Virus record (IMG/VR): IMGVR_UViG_2541047955_000001
Location: 1-42,920 of that record
Direction: 5' to 3' (one strand)
DNA: 42,920 nt
Origin: a virus
Lineage: Duplodnaviria; Heunggongvirae; Uroviricota; Caudoviricetes
The notes under the pieces are model-generated. The model was given only the letters and a program-made list of their open reading frames with translations. It did not search any database and was not told where the DNA came from. Position numbers and translations under genes: made by a program. Below are positions 30,529 to 41,470 of this stretch, piece by piece (within the stretch, counting starts at the first letter, position 1; each line of letters begins with the position of its first letter).

Positions 30529-31177
30529 GCACCTCAGCAAAGCTGTTTACTGCAAAGGCGGCAGTGATGGCGGTTCAAAAGCCCAGGCACGCGCAACTGA
30601 AAAGGGTATCGAATTGCAGCGTGAAATGTGGCAAACGAACATGCAAAACCTTGCACCGTTCACGCCACTCGCTCAACAGTACGTATCAGAGTTGCAGAAT
30701 CTTTCCTCTCTTCAGGGGCAAGGTCAGGCGCTTAACCAGTATTACAACTCCCAGCAGTACAAAGACCTTGCTGGTCAGGCGCGTTACCAGAGTCTGGCAG
30801 CAGCAGAGGCAACGGGTGGATTAGGCTCTACAGCAACAGGAAACCAGTTAGCATCAATCGCACCTACACTCGGTCAAAACTGGCTGTCAGGTCAGATGAA
30901 CAACTACAACAATCTGGCAAATATCGGCCTTGGTGCTCTTACAGGTCAGGCAAACGCTGGACAAAACTACGCCAACAACGTCAGCCAGTTGTATCAACAG
31001 CAGGCAGCAGCATCTGCGGCTAATGCTAACCGACCATCAGGACTGCAATCAGCCTTGGGAGGTGCCATGAGCGGTGCGGCATCAGGGGCGATGATTGGCT
31101 CTGTGGTGCCTGGAATAGGTACAGCTGTTGGCGCTATTGGTGGCGGTATTATCGGTGGTCTTGGATCATTGTTTTAA
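30503..31177 (+). CDS. ejection protein gp7
   Basis: 224 aa; Gly/Gln/Ala-rich with Gly-rich hydrophobic C-terminus; synteny and size match P22 gp7. Confidence 0.6.
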   Translation: MLIFQIANKHLSKAVYCKGGSDGGSKAQARATEKGIELQREMWQTNMQNLAPFTPLAQQYVSELQNLSSLQGQGQALNQYYNSQQYKDLAGQARYQSLAAAEATGGLGSTATGNQLASIAPTLGQNWLSGQMNNYNNLANIGLGALTGQANAGQNYANNVSQLYQQQAAASAANANRPSGLQSALGGAMSGAASGAMIGSVVPGIGTAVGAIGGGIIGGLGSLF

Positions 31178-31186
31178 GGTGGGAAT

Positions 31187-32599
31187 ATGGCTACTTGGCA
31201 ACAAGGAATCAACTCAGGCGGCTTTCTTGCTGGTATCGGTGGGCAAAACTCAAATGCGCCAAAGGCAAGTGATGTAAGTGAGGCGTTGGCCTATATTCGC
31301 CAGAACAACGAAATGGAGCGTTCAGGTCGCAATAACATCGGCCTTCAGGCGTTGCAGGGACTGGGTAGTGTCGCTCAAACATATCAAGCCGCAAAGCAAC
31401 AGGAAGCGGATGCTGCATTCCAAAAAGAATATGCGGCAGCCATCCAGTCAGGTGATCGGCAGCAGGTTCGAGATCTGATGACCAAATATCCTGGTCAATT
31501 AGAGAAAATTCAGTCTGGTATGAAGTGGGCAGACGAAGACCAGCGCAATTCTATCGGCACCTTAGCGGCTGGCGCTCGCCTTGCGGCCTCGTCTCCAGAA
31601 GCAATGCAATCATGGCTGCAAAACAACGCCAAGGAACTGACTCGCGTCGGTGTTGACCCTAACAGCGTTGCTCAGATGTATCAGCAGAACCCTTCAGGAT
31701 TTGGTGAGTTTGTTGATCACCTTGGGATGGCTGCTCTCGGTCCGATTGACTACTTCAATGTTCAGGACAAGATGGCTGGTCGTGAGATTGACCGAGGCAG
31801 ACTGGCAGAGACAATCCGCAGCAATCAGGCTGGTGAAGCACTTCAGGCGAGAGGGCAAAACCTTTCCTATCAGTCAGCAATGACTGGGCACAATATCGCA
31901 GCACAGCGCTTGGCTCTGGATCAGCAAGAGTTCGGGTTTAAGATGCAGCAAGCGCAGGAAAAGGCACAGCAGTTGATTAGCGAAGCACCTAAGCTGTCAG
32001 TAAACATGGAAAAAGGCATCGAGACAGCTGTAAACAATGCCACAGCATCATCAAACTCAGCCAATTCCATGAGTGCGCTTGCTCAACAGTTCAGAGCAGA
32101 AAAACCAACGACAGGTTTGTTCGGTAACGCACAGAACATGTTCGCAAAACTTACCGGAAGCGATACGACATTGCGTGATTTGCGCATTCGCCAAAATGCC
32201 CTTGTTAACAGTCAGGTTCTTAAATTCCTACCTCCCGGCCCAGCAACGGATAAAGACGTTGAGATCGTTCGACAGGGTGCGCCAACTGACATGGATAACC
32301 CTGAGACGGTCGCAAGATGGCTTGATGCAATGGCAAACCTTGAGCGACGAAACGCGCAGTTTAATGAGTTTAAAGCCGAGTGGATGAGCGCGAATGGCAA
32401 CCCTGGACAATCGCGTAATGGCGGTCAGATATTGGGGTTGGATGTTAAAAAAGGTGAATCATTGGGGAGTGCCGTTAAGCGGTATATGTCATTGAATACT
32501 GACGCAGCGCCAGCACAAGATTCGACAACTTCAGGAGAACCACGGAATCAGGTTGGATCATATACCTCAAAATCAGGCATTCAATTTACGGTGGAATGA
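31187..32599 (+). CDS. ejection protein gp20
   Basis: 470 aa; synteny and size match P22 gp20. Confidence 0.7.
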   Translation: MATWQQGINSGGFLAGIGGQNSNAPKASDVSEALAYIRQNNEMERSGRNNIGLQALQGLGSVAQTYQAAKQQEADAAFQKEYAAAIQSGDRQQVRDLMTKYPGQLEKIQSGMKWADEDQRNSIGTLAAGARLAASSPEAMQSWLQNNAKELTRVGVDPNSVAQMYQQNPSGFGEFVDHLGMAALGPIDYFNVQDKMAGREIDRGRLAETIRSNQAGEALQARGQNLSYQSAMTGHNIAAQRLALDQQEFGFKMQQAQEKAQQLISEAPKLSVNMEKGIETAVNNATASSNSANSMSALAQQFRAEKPTTGLFGNAQNMFAKLTGSDTTLRDLRIRQNALVNSQVLKFLPPGPATDKDVEIVRQGAPTDMDNPETVARWLDAMANLERRNAQFNEFKAEWMSANGNPGQSRNGGQILGLDVKKGESLGSAVKRYMSLNTDAAPAQDSTTSGEPRNQVGSYTSKSGIQFTVE

Positions 32600-34437
32600 T
32601 GAAAGTAACTGCAAACGGTAAGACATTTACCTTTCCTGATGGTACGAGCACCGAAGATATTGGCACCGCCATTGATGAGTATTTTGCTGGTCAGGCTGTT
32701 CAGCAACAAACAGTTAATCAGGCCAATAATGCACCAACACGGGAAGAACCATCATTGATGCAACAAGCTGGCGATTGGCTCACTGGTGGTCAAAGTGCAG
32801 GGCAAATTGCAGAACAGGCTGGTCGTGGTCTGGTAAACATACCATTTGACGTATTGCAGGGTGGCGCAAGTCTGATTAATGCAATCAGTCAGGGGCTTGG
32901 TGGGCCAAAAGTTTTGGATGATGTTTATCGTCCAGTAGACAGACCGACAGACCCCTACGCTCAAGCTGGAGAAACAATTGGCGGGTATTTAGTTCCAGGA
33001 ATTGGAACGGCAGGAAGCATGGCTATTGGATCACTGGCAGAGGCCGCAAATCAGAAAGGCGATTTCGCACAAAATGCAGCTAAAAATGCCGGAGTTAACC
33101 TTGCCGCTCAGGGTGTTCTTTCCGCAGCAGCAAAGGGAATAGGGCGTGGAATAACGGCTATAAAAGGTGATATTGCGCCAGAAGTGGCGAAGAAAATTGC
33201 CACTTCAGAATCGATGGGCGTGACACCAATGACATCTGATGTTATCCCGCCGAAAAATGCTTTCACTCGCGGCCTTACTCAGGATGCCGAGGGGGCTTTG
33301 CTCGGGACAGGCTCAAAGCGAGCGGAGCAATATGCAACGCGTAGTAAGCTGGTAAGCAATTATTTTGACCGTTTTGGTGAGTACAACCCTGATGATGTGG
33401 TGAAATCTCTGACCACCACGTTAAGGGGGCGGAAGGATGCTGCTGGCGCTGTTATCAATGACGTCACCAATAAAATGGGTAATGCCGCAGTTGATACCAC
33501 AAATACCATGAATGCTCTGAATACAGCGATCGCAAGACAGGAACGGCTTGGGACTTCAGCCAATCAAAGCCTGCTTACATCCTTGCGTAACCTACGTGAA
33601 GAATTAGCAAACCCTGCAACTGATTTGGATGTTACGTTTGATCTCTTGCGTCAGCACAGAACAGCATTTAGATCTAATGTTCAGGGAGATTCTATGGTCT
33701 TCCCCAACCAGGCAAAAGCAGCTACCAATATGGTAGAGAATGCAATGTCAAAAGACCTTCGTAACGCAGTTGCTAAAAACCTCGGTGCATCAGACGCAGC
33801 AAAATACCTTAAAGCAAATTCAGATTATGCAAACGTTTATAATAAGGTGCTTAATAAAAACATTGCTAACAAGCTCAACAAGGCAAGCAGTGAAGCCAGT
33901 CCTGAACTTATAAATACCGTTGTATTAAGCAGAAAACCATCTGACGTGAAACGAATCTGGAGCGCATTGGATGATAAAGGGAAAGATGCTATGCGTGCAG
34001 CTTACGTCAGCAAAATAGCGGAAAAGGCCGGTGATTCTCCAGCCAAGTTCATCACTGAAGTTAATAAGCTGAAATCTCAGTCAGGTGGTGAAATTTACAA
34101 CACTATTTTTTCTGGAAAGCACATGAAAGAGCTTGATTCTCTTCATGAAGTTCTACAGCAAACAGCAAGGTCAGACACCGCAAATGTAGTAACTCAGACG
34201 GGGCAATCGCAAGCCAACCGGATAAGGACGATTGGCGCAACTGCGACTCTTGGCGTATCAATGGGGCTTGAGGCTGGCTTTGGTGCAATGATGCGTTTGT
34301 ATGAGTCTAAAGCAGCAAGGAATGCTCTCTTACGTTTGGCAAACACCAAAGCAGGAACACCAGCCTATGAAAGAGCGCTGAATAACGCCGCAAATGCCAT
34401 CAGACCAATACTTGCCAATGATGCAACTGATCGCTAA
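32596..34437 (+). CDS. ejection protein gp16
   Basis: 613 aa; N-terminus [22 protein letters not shown]; size and synteny match P22 gp16. Confidence 0.75.
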   Translation: MMKVTANGKTFTFPDGTSTEDIGTAIDEYFAGQAVQQQTVNQANNAPTREEPSLMQQAGDWLTGGQSAGQIAEQAGRGLVNIPFDVLQGGASLINAISQGLGGPKVLDDVYRPVDRPTDPYAQAGETIGGYLVPGIGTAGSMAIGSLAEAANQKGDFAQNAAKNAGVNLAAQGVLSAAAKGIGRGITAIKGDIAPEVAKKIATSESMGVTPMTSDVIPPKNAFTRGLTQDAEGALLGTGSKRAEQYATRSKLVSNYFDRFGEYNPDDVVKSLTTTLRGRKDAAGAVINDVTNKMGNAAVDTTNTMNALNTAIARQERLGTSANQSLLTSLRNLREELANPATDLDVTFDLLRQHRTAFRSNVQGDSMVFPNQAKAATNMVENAMSKDLRNAVAKNLGASDAAKYLKANSDYANVYNKVLNKNIANKLNKASSEASPELINTVVLSRKPSDVKRIWSALDDKGKDAMRAAYVSKIAEKAGDSPAKFITEVNKLKSQSGGEIYNTIFSGKHMKELDSLHEVLQQTARSDTANVVTQTGQSQANRIRTIGATATLGVSMGLEAGFGAMMRLYESKAARNALLRLANTKAGTPAYERALNNAANAIRPILANDATDR

Positions 34438-34458
34438 GGGTTGATGTCATGGATGTTG

Positions 34459-35097
34459 TTAATTGCGAATGGAATCGCGGAACTCTTTGCTTGATAGAAA
34501 AGGATCTGTTCTCCTTAACTCATCATAGTTTTTATTAAACTTTCTTGCTTCACCCGGGTATCTGTTGAACAAAACATTGCAGAAAAAAGAGAGCAATAAC
34601 TCACATATGAATGCTAATACCCTGAAAAATAAAGGTATAAAAAGAAGGGAAGGTTCATTGAAGTCTCTATTCCAAACAAAATAGACAATCATCCCGACAT
34701 ACCAAATTGATATCCCTATACTGATGATTGTTCCAACAGAGGTAACTACGATCCCGATTAAGTCGGACAGTCTGTTTGCCAGTAACTCATTTGAGTATCT
34801 TGCAATCATATACCGCCAACATTTTGCAATATCATCCTGATCTGTAGAGTCTTCTGGAATAGCTAGGCTTCTACATATTGAAGTAGCTCTTTTTTTCTCA
34901 ACTCTTTTTGAGAGCCATCCATTAAAGAGATACATCAACACCTGCGTTGCTATTCCTGCACCAAGTGATATCAAAGACATCCCCAAAAATCGCCATCCTG
35001 GAGATAGTGACTGGTACTGCCAAACAAAAAAAATTAAAAAACCCAATGAGCCTATGACATAGGCTGATGTATCGCTATATATATCTATTTTTTTCAT
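34459..35097 (-). CDS. integral membrane protein, possible SieA-like superinfection exclusion factor
   Basis: Track ORF 34459-35130 (GTG); start at ATG with AAGGAG RBS; ~4 hydrophobic helices; AT-rich; occupies the P22 sieA position. Confidence 0.55.
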   Translation of the reverse strand: MKKIDIYSDTSAYVIGSLGFLIFFVWQYQSLSPGWRFLGMSLISLGAGIATQVLMYLFNGWLSKRVEKKRATSICRSLAIPEDSTDQDDIAKCWRYMIARYSNELLANRLSDLIGIVVTSVGTIISIGISIWYVGMIVYFVWNRDFNEPSLLFIPLFFRVLAFICELLLSFFCNVLFNRYPGEARKFNKNYDELRRTDPFLSSKEFRDSIRN

Positions 35098-35147
35098 TGA
35101 GTAGCCACTCCTTAGTTTTGAGCAGAACACCGGATGATAATGTTTTG

Positions 35148-35399
35148 TTATGTGTCTTTTGGGATTCTATCCAGTAACTCGTTGGAAATTTTATCAAGTA
35201 AAGATTTTATTTGTTTAAGATCTAATGATTTGTCTACTGATGAGACGTCAGATGATAACGCATCCTCAAGAATTTGAACTATCTCTGAGTTCATAGATCG
35301 ACCGTTTCGTTTAGCCCTTTCCGCAATAGCACTACGCATGCCGTCAGGCATTCTAACCGTAAATCTTTCTATGAAATTTGATTCGTCTTTTTCTGACAT
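35148..35399 (-). CDS. ribbon-helix-helix regulator (Arc/Mnt superfamily)
   Basis: 83 aa from internal Met; FTVRMPDGMRSAIAERAKRNGRSMNSEIVQILEDAL is a typical RHH core. Confidence 0.6.
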   Translation of the reverse strand: MSEKDESNFIERFTVRMPDGMRSAIAERAKRNGRSMNSEIVQILEDALSSDVSSVDKSLDLKQIKSLLDKISNELLDRIPKDT

Positions 35400-35439
35400 T
35401 TTCTTATTCGCAAGGCATATGAGCAATAAAAAACACAGT

Positions 35440-35505
35440 AGCATCATATTGACATTATGAGCAATGGCATCATAATGGTGTCATGACATCATGGTGATGT
35501 CATTA
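35440..35505. promoter_or_regulatory. divergent promoter/operator of immI-like region
   Basis: TTGACA-17 nt-ATAATG overlapping the near-palindrome ATGGTGTCATGACATCAT (GTCATGAC core). Confidence 0.4.
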
Positions 35506-35519
35506 TGACGGAGATATTG

Positions 35520-35696
35520 ATGATGAGCGATGTTCTTTACAGTGGTCGTAAAAGTCAGAGTTTCCAGCTTCGTTTGCCAGCGCGAATGAAGGAGGAGATC
35601 AGACGCGTAGCTGAAATGGATGGAATTTCTATCAACTCTGCGATTGTGCAGCGACTGGCTAAAAGCCTGAGAGAGGAAAGAGCTAATGCCCAGTAA
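35520..35696 (+). CDS. Arc-like ribbon-helix-helix repressor
   Basis: Track ORF 35505-35696; start at ATGATG after GGAGA; FQLRLPARMKEEIRRVAEMDGISINSAIVQRL RHH core. Confidence 0.6.
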   Translation: MMSDVLYSGRKSQSFQLRLPARMKEEIRRVAEMDGISINSAIVQRLAKSLREERANAQ

Positions 35697-35769
35697 AAAT
35701 AGTGAAGCCCGGAAGTGCGCGAACACAAACCGGGCCTCTATGTCAGTAACCGTACTCAAGGAAACTAAC

Positions 35770-36408
35770 ATGAATATTGTAGCAAAATCAGATTATAACT
35801 TCCAAGGATTCACTTTTAACCCTGTAACAGAGGGCGGGTCTATCTGGTTTACCTCCACCGAACTAGCTAAGGCTCTCGGCTATAAAAAAACTGATGCCAT
35901 CAGCCAAATTTATGCCCGTAATGCTGACGAATTTTCCGACTCAATGTCATTGACCCTCAATATGAAGGTCAACGGAATAAACAATAGCTTACGTAACAAA
36001 TCGGTCAGAGTTTACTCACTCCGAGGCGCTCACTTGGTGGCGATGTTTGCTTCTACGCCCAAGGCCAAAGAGTTCCGCCGCTGGGTGCTGGATATTTTGG
36101 ATCGGCAGGCAGAATGCTCACCGATTGCAAAACAGTTTACTGACGAAGAACTGGTTAATCTCTGCTACTTACAATTGTGGATGGAGAAGAGTCAACAAAT
36201 GTGCAAACACATCTACCCTGGAATGAAGCAAATTGGTTCTGAGCTTTCAGGAAAGATTTACGATATTGCATATGAGACTCGCTACATGTCAGAAGAAACC
36301 AAGAAATCGCTTCTTCGTGAAATGAAGAATCTTGATCCCAACAATTTTGTCGTAAAGAACGCTCAGCCAATGCTGGCAAAACTTCGCGGCGAGGAATGGA
36401 TTCATTGA
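35770..36408 (+). CDS. Bro-N domain antirepressor-like protein
   Basis: Track ORF 35686-36408; start at MNIVAKS with AAGGA RBS; Bro-N signature FNPVTEGGSIWFTSTELAKALGY...RVYSLRGAHLVAMFASTPKAKEFRRWVLD. Confidence 0.7.
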   Translation: MNIVAKSDYNFQGFTFNPVTEGGSIWFTSTELAKALGYKKTDAISQIYARNADEFSDSMSLTLNMKVNGINNSLRNKSVRVYSLRGAHLVAMFASTPKAKEFRRWVLDILDRQAECSPIAKQFTDEELVNLCYLQLWMEKSQQMCKHIYPGMKQIGSELSGKIYDIAYETRYMSEETKKSLLREMKNLDPNNFVVKNAQPMLAKLRGEEWIH

Positions 36409-36495
36409 TTGGTGCACAGGACGGCGCAAAAGAAAACCGCCAGTGTGCTGCTGGCGGCCTATGTCACACCCTTACTACCACATAAGGAATGCCTA

Positions 36496-37224
36496 ATGAC
36501 TTTTAAGAATGTAGCAAACATCGGATCCGTTGTCACGGATAAAACCATTGATAGCCAGTACCTGTTAGAGATGGTCAATCATGCTCGTAGACAGTGCGGG
36601 GAAAAAGAAGTTCGCAATAACGACTTTATTGCACGCATTAAGGATGAACTTGAAGGTGAGCACTACGAAATTTTCGTAGTTCAAAAATCAAACAAGACAA
36701 CTTCTGAAAAAGTTGTTATGTCAATTAAGCAAGCCCTTCGAGTGGCTGCTCGTGAATCTAAAGCTGTTCGCCGCTCACTTGTAGACCAACTTGAAAGTAT
36801 GCAAGAAGCGCACATTAAAAGCGGTAAATCGTCGAGTGGACTTGTTGAGTATCGCCAGGCGCGAACACTGAAAATGACGGTTGAAGCTGTTACCAATCTG
36901 TTCGATCTGATGCCAAATCTTGCGCCTGAGGCAAAGCAGACAGCGGCAGCAAGTATAATCAACCCGCTCGTTGGTTTTAATGCAATACCTCTTCCGGCAA
37001 TAGAAGAGCATTACTACTCAGCAGGGGAGGTTGCAGAGCAGCTTGGAGTAACGGCCAACAAGATTGGTCGCATTGCTAACGCAAACAACCTCAAAACTGA
37101 GCAGTACGGGAAGTTCTTCCTGGATAAATCTGCGCATTCCAGCAAACAGGTGGAAGCATTCCGCTACAATGCGGAAGGTGTTAAAGCACTACAACACCTG
37201 ATTCATGGGAGTAATGTTGCATAA
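36496..37224 (+). CDS. antirepressor-like protein with KilAC-type C-terminal region
   Basis: Track ORF 36409-37224; start at MTFKNV with AAGGA RBS; C-terminal YSAGEVAEQLGVTANKIGRIANANNLKTEQYGKFF. Confidence 0.5.
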   Translation: MTFKNVANIGSVVTDKTIDSQYLLEMVNHARRQCGEKEVRNNDFIARIKDELEGEHYEIFVVQKSNKTTSEKVVMSIKQALRVAARESKAVRRSLVDQLESMQEAHIKSGKSSSGLVEYRQARTLKMTVEAVTNLFDLMPNLAPEAKQTAAASIINPLVGFNAIPLPAIEEHYYSAGEVAEQLGVTANKIGRIANANNLKTEQYGKFFLDKSAHSSKQVEAFRYNAEGVKALQHLIHGSNVA

Positions 37225-37445
37225 TGGCAAAGAAAAAATATGGCATTATGCCTCCAAGAATCAAAGGAAGAGCCAGGGTAAAAGGCGATGCTGGAAGGTA
37301 TCACATTCTTGGAGTTCTGTGGCATGAGAGAGCTTTAATTTTAAGTAGACCTCATGGGTACATTGAAAAGGTATCTATAGATAGAGTAGAGATTCTTCCC
37401 CTTACACCTGAAGAAGAAGAAACGTACGGACTTTTTGATAACTAA
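37224..37445 (+). CDS. hypothetical protein
   Basis: 73-aa ORF, translationally coupled to the upstream gene (TAATG), followed by a terminator. Confidence 0.45.
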   Translation: MAKKKYGIMPPRIKGRARVKGDAGRYHILGVLWHERALILSRPHGYIEKVSIDRVEILPLTPEEEETYGLFDN

Positions 37446-37452
37446 CCAACTA

Positions 37453-37480
37453 AACCCGCTTAATCGCGGGTTTTTTCTTT
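37453..37480 (+). terminator. intrinsic terminator ending the arc–ant-like operon
   Basis: Hairpin CCCGC-ttaatc-GCGGG followed by TTTTTTCTTTT. Confidence 0.5.
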
Positions 37481-37717
37481 TCTAAGGATATCAGCCGCAA
37501 CTTCTTTTACTCGTTCCGAGATTAATGAGGCCAGCCTCTCTTCTTCATCACGATACCCGCTTACAGGTGATGGTTTGGAGAGTGATTCTTCCATCGTAGC
37601 CACAATTTCGGAATTGATAGACCTGTTATTCATTTTTGCACGCTGTTTAATCTTGGCGTGCAACTCGTGCGTAAGCCTCAAGTGGAACTGCGCCTCATCG
37701 TATTTGCTGTACATCAT
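37460..37717 (-). CDS. Mnt-like ribbon-helix-helix repressor
   Basis: Track ORF 37460-37798; start at ATGATG after GGTGAGG; NRSINSEIVATMEESLSKPSPVSGYRDEEERLA resembles P22 Mnt as recalled. Confidence 0.65.
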   Translation of the reverse strand: MMYSKYDEAQFHLRLTHELHAKIKQRAKMNNRSINSEIVATMEESLSKPSPVSGYRDEEERLASLISERVKEVAADILRKEKTRD

Positions 37718-37859
37718 CAATGCCTCACCAAATGGGTGGAATGGCATCGTAAAACCTACTGTACAAATCAACAATCGTACCATTTCGGTATGTAACAAAT
37801 ACCAACCGTAGCCATGCTGCGGCGATTCCTTGTATCTGGAGCAAATTAAATGACAGACA

Positions 37860-38360
37860 TTACCTACTCAACAGATGGTCAGCAACCATGTTTGCTGCCT
37901 TATAAGCTATAGCCGCTTCATCAATGGTGTTGAATCTCCCAAGGGTTATGTTTTTACCTGAGACATTTATCTGAGCTTGCCATTGATTTCTGGCTTGACA
38001 GAAAGTTACCCCCTTGATTCCAGCATTGCTATTTCGAGGTCCGACATTTAATGCATTTACGACTCTGCTGACATCCCTAAGGTTTGAGATTGCGTTATTT
38101 CTTCTGTTTCTATCAATGTGGTCAATCTCTTGTTTGGGCCATTCGCCATATACATACAGCCAGGCAAGTCTATGTGCAAAATATCTTACGCCATCAATAT
38201 TAATTGCGTTATATCCATAAGAAATTGTGCCAGCAACTTTCCCAACAGCACCTCTGGCGCTTAATTTCTTTTTCCAAGTGAAAATTCCTGTTTCTTTATT
38301 GTAATCGAGAACCTCCATAAGGCGCTCCCGAGTTACTACCTCGTGACGTCTCTTACTCAT
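37860..38360 (-). CDS. HNH endonuclease with AP2-type DNA-binding domain
   Basis: Track ORF 37860-38402; start at MSKRRH after GGAGA; HNH motif [27 protein letters not shown]; C-terminal AP2-like [27 protein letters not shown]. Confidence 0.75.
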   Translation of the reverse strand: MSKRRHEVVTRERLMEVLDYNKETGIFTWKKKLSARGAVGKVAGTISYGYNAINIDGVRYFAHRLAWLYVYGEWPKQEIDHIDRNRRNNAISNLRDVSRVVNALNVGPRNSNAGIKGVTFCQARNQWQAQINVSGKNITLGRFNTIDEAAIAYKAANMVADHLLSR

Positions 38361-38373
38361 TATTTTCTCCGGA

Positions 38374-41088
38374 ATGTTTATTATGCCAGAACAATTATAC
38401 AACGTTGTTGTTTCACAACCAAGTCAGTTATTTACTTTAGCTCGCTCGTTTAAAGCAAATGCCAATGGCAAAATTTATATCGGTAAAATTGACACTGACC
38501 CTGTAAATCCTGAAAACCAGATTCAGGTTTATGTGGAGAACGAAGACGGTTCTCACGTTCCTGTTTCGCAACCAATAATCATTAACGCTGCCGGATATCC
38601 GGTATATAACGGACAGATTGCCAAATTCGTAACCGTGCAAGGCCATTCTATGGCTGTTTACGATGCTTATGGCACTCAGCAGTTTTATTTTCCAAATGTA
38701 TTAAAATACGATCCAGATCAGTTTGGCCCAGACTTCAAAGAGCAGTTATCTCAATCAGGAGCATACATTAATGATGATTCAAAAGGTGATGCATTAATTG
38801 GGGTAAGGCAGCCATTTACCGGGGCTGCAACTATAACTCAGCATGAAAACAATGCTCTTTTCTTAAATGTAAAACAATTTGGAGCAATTGGGGATGGGAA
38901 ATATCATCCATTATCTGAGTGGTTTTCTTCAATTTCTGAAGCAAAATCCTTATATCCTTTTGTTGACTCATTATCTCAGTCAATAGACTGGGCCGCGTGG
39001 CAAGCTGCCCTTAACACAGGAAAGGTTATTTATGGTACTGATAATGCGTATGTAATAACGGATACGTTAACACCTGTTTCTGGTGGTGGGATAATTTGTC
39101 TTGGTGTGGGCAAATGGGTCTCAGGATATACTGCAACATTTGCTCCTGATATTACCACAGGGACCACATTCCTGATGTACGGGGTAGGAAATAAAAAATA
39201 TACTGTAGATTGTGTTTCTAATATGGATGTTAGTGGTGGTGTGGTTTCTAACCCATCTTCCGAAGACCCGTATACAACAACGGCACCTGCGTCATCATAT
39301 GATTTATTGGATTTTACTAACGGTGATGCTAATGGGACTACAAGAGCCACGCTTAAACCATTCTCTGCCGCAATATTGATGCCTGAGACAGGATGTGTTC
39401 GCCTTGAGAACTTTCGTGTTGTTCCATATTTCAATGGGCTGGATGGTTATAAAGACATTGCAAATACCGGTCTTGGCGATGAGTGGGATGTAGGTATTTG
39501 GTCACGTGCGTCTTTTGGCAATGAATACCGCAATTTGCAGGTGGTTGGATACTGGCGCAAGACGGCACTTTTAAAAACGAACATTCCTGTATCTGGCACG
39601 CTGGCCGCTCAGGGCGAGGATGAAAACTATTATCACTGTAGATTCCAAGGATTCAAGGGTATTTCGATCCGCGCCCATGATGTATTCCGAATTACAGCGG
39701 TAACGTCCAGCACTATCGAAATACCATGGTCAGCAAGCCACACCTTCGAAACGTCCGGGGTTTTAAGATCTGGAGGCAGGAATTTCACTTATTCAGGATT
39801 ATCCGTATCCGGTGATAAGTTAGTATTTACTGGAGTGTCTAACGCTTCTGAGGCAACAGTAGGTTCTACTATACGGCGAAATGACATAGATAACTTTGGT
39901 ATGGCGGGAACGCAATTTTTCGATTGCTACATTACCAGCCTGTATCACCACACACATCTGCTTGCCACATCGCAATACCTGTCTCAACCATTCAGCCGAC
40001 CATCAGAGTGTATGGAGGTTTCAGGGGAACCAGTTCGCGGTGTACAGGTACATGCAGGAACCATTCAGGGATGGGATGATGTTCTTATTCATCTACATGA
40101 CTGTGGAAATATGAACTTTTACAGTACATATTTCGAAAGCCAGCAAGCATATGTAACTATAAATGGTGGTAATGCTATTGGTTATGGAGCACGTATGATA
40201 GCTTCCCGGCAATCAACAAGCTCATTACCATATGCAGCAGGGAATACTCGAGTGCTTAGAATGGTCGGGTGCTCTGAAGGCAATGGCGTTGACTGGGGTC
40301 CTGTATTTAACAACTATACAGGAGGAAGATATAATTCCGGAGACGGTGTATTTAACCCCCGCGATGCATTTATAGACCATAAATCTCTTCCTGAGCAGTC
40401 AGGAGGTGAGTCAAGACTCGTATCACAAAAAGGAAATGCCAGAGTAGTATGTGGTGTTGGTAAAACTGTACTGCTTGGACCAACGTCAGGAGATTGTAAT
40501 TTACAGAGTAATACTGGAAGTTTAAATATTAGAAGTGGGATAAGAGTAAGAATCGGTCACGCTGATGGAACAGACTGGTGGTTGGCAGATGCTAATAAAA
40601 TAGCTCCTGTTGATGATAATGTTAAAGCCATTGGACAGCCATCAAACAGATGCTCTGTTATTTATGCAGGAACCGGGTCAATCAATACATCAGATGAAAC
40701 TCTTAAAACAAGATATGATATTCTTAATGCAGAGCGTGATGCCGCTATTGAAATAAAGTCAGTCATCTATAAATTTAAATTTAATGACTCAATTAATAAC
40801 AAAGGAATTGAGTCGTCCAGGTATCATTTTGGCGTTGGCGCTCAAACCGTAGGGGATATTCTTAGAAAGCATGGTTTAAACCCTGAGCAATATGCTTTTT
40901 GGTGTTACGATGAATGGCCTGACGTATGGGATGAAGAGGTGATAACTGAAGAGAGCACAGATCCTGATACAGGTGAGAAAATTTATTCTCAATATAAAAC
41001 AGGAGATATGATTCTTGTAAAAAAAGCAGGAGGACGCTACGGAATTCGTTATGACGAATTGGCTATGTTTATATTAATGGCAATGTAG
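38374..41088 (+). CDS. tailspike: P22/Sf6-type head-binding domain, beta-helix depolymerase, C-terminal S74 chaperone domain
   Basis: 904 aa; conserved N-terminal head-binding region; FGAIGDGK beta-helix start motif; C-terminal SDETLK...[10 protein letters not shown]74 signature; true start may be ATG at 38383. Confidence 0.9.
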   Translation: MFIMPEQLYNVVVSQPSQLFTLARSFKANANGKIYIGKIDTDPVNPENQIQVYVENEDGSHVPVSQPIIINAAGYPVYNGQIAKFVTVQGHSMAVYDAYGTQQFYFPNVLKYDPDQFGPDFKEQLSQSGAYINDDSKGDALIGVRQPFTGAATITQHENNALFLNVKQFGAIGDGKYHPLSEWFSSISEAKSLYPFVDSLSQSIDWAAWQAALNTGKVIYGTDNAYVITDTLTPVSGGGIICLGVGKWVSGYTATFAPDITTGTTFLMYGVGNKKYTVDCVSNMDVSGGVVSNPSSEDPYTTTAPASSYDLLDFTNGDANGTTRATLKPFSAAILMPETGCVRLENFRVVPYFNGLDGYKDIANTGLGDEWDVGIWSRASFGNEYRNLQVVGYWRKTALLKTNIPVSGTLAAQGEDENYYHCRFQGFKGISIRAHDVFRITAVTSSTIEIPWSASHTFETSGVLRSGGRNFTYSGLSVSGDKLVFTGVSNASEATVGSTIRRNDIDNFGMAGTQFFDCYITSLYHHTHLLATSQYLSQPFSRPSECMEVSGEPVRGVQVHAGTIQGWDDVLIHLHDCGNMNFYSTYFESQQAYVTINGGNAIGYGARMIASRQSTSSLPYAAGNTRVLRMVGCSEGNGVDWGPVFNNYTGGRYNSGDGVFNPRDAFIDHKSLPEQSGGESRLVSQKGNARVVCGVGKTVLLGPTSGDCNLQSNTGSLNIRSGIRVRIGHADGTDWWLADANKIAPVDDNVKAIGQPSNRCSVIYAGTGSINTSDETLKTRYDILNAERDAAIEIKSVIYKFKFNDSINNKGIESSRYHFGVGAQTVGDILRKHGLNPEQYAFWCYDEWPDVWDEEVITEESTDPDTGEKIYSQYKTGDMILVKKAGGRYGIRYDELAMFILMAM

Positions 41089-41106
41089 TTGCAATAAATG
41101 CAGTAT

Positions 41107-41137
41107 ATCCCGCATAAAAAATGCGGGATTGTTTTTA
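41107..41137 (+). terminator. intrinsic terminator after the tailspike
   Basis: Hairpin ATCCCGCAT-aaaaa-ATGCGGGAT followed by TGTTTTTAT. Confidence 0.6.
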
Positions 41138-41422
41138 TCTGGTGTATTTATGAATTTTAAGTAAATTTTAGTATTGATTACTGCATCGCAGTTAAAGCCT
41201 CATTACCTATGAGGTAAAACTGAGACACACAAGGCTTTGCACTGGATTGCAAGGCTTTGTGCTCTTCTATGCTGGGTGGCTACATGTTTGAAGATCGTTG
41301 TGCCGTATTTGTGACATACACATGACAACATCATGCATCAACTTTCTGTTTGTGCCATCAACTATTGCTTGGTGAATGCGGTTAATGCTTGCTAAAACAG
41401 ATAGTTATGATTGGTGCTACAG

Positions 41423-41470
41423 ATTCGTAATGCGAAGGTCGTAGGTTCGACTCCTATTATCGGCACCATT
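41423..41470. other. attR core (displaced 3' fragment of thrW)
   Basis: 48-bp exact copy of thrW 3' portion 1399-1446; no 5' tRNA half present. Confidence 0.85.

Noticed and set aside
41100-41420. gtrABC-type O-antigen conversion genes downstream of the tailspike, as in P22
   Set aside because: Only ~330 bp of non-coding DNA separates the tailspike terminator from attR; no such genes are present.
41400-41470. Second tRNA-Thr gene near the right end
   Set aside because: Only the 3' 48 nt of thrW are present; the 5' half, D-arm and acceptor strand are missing, so this is the attR duplicate, not a gene.
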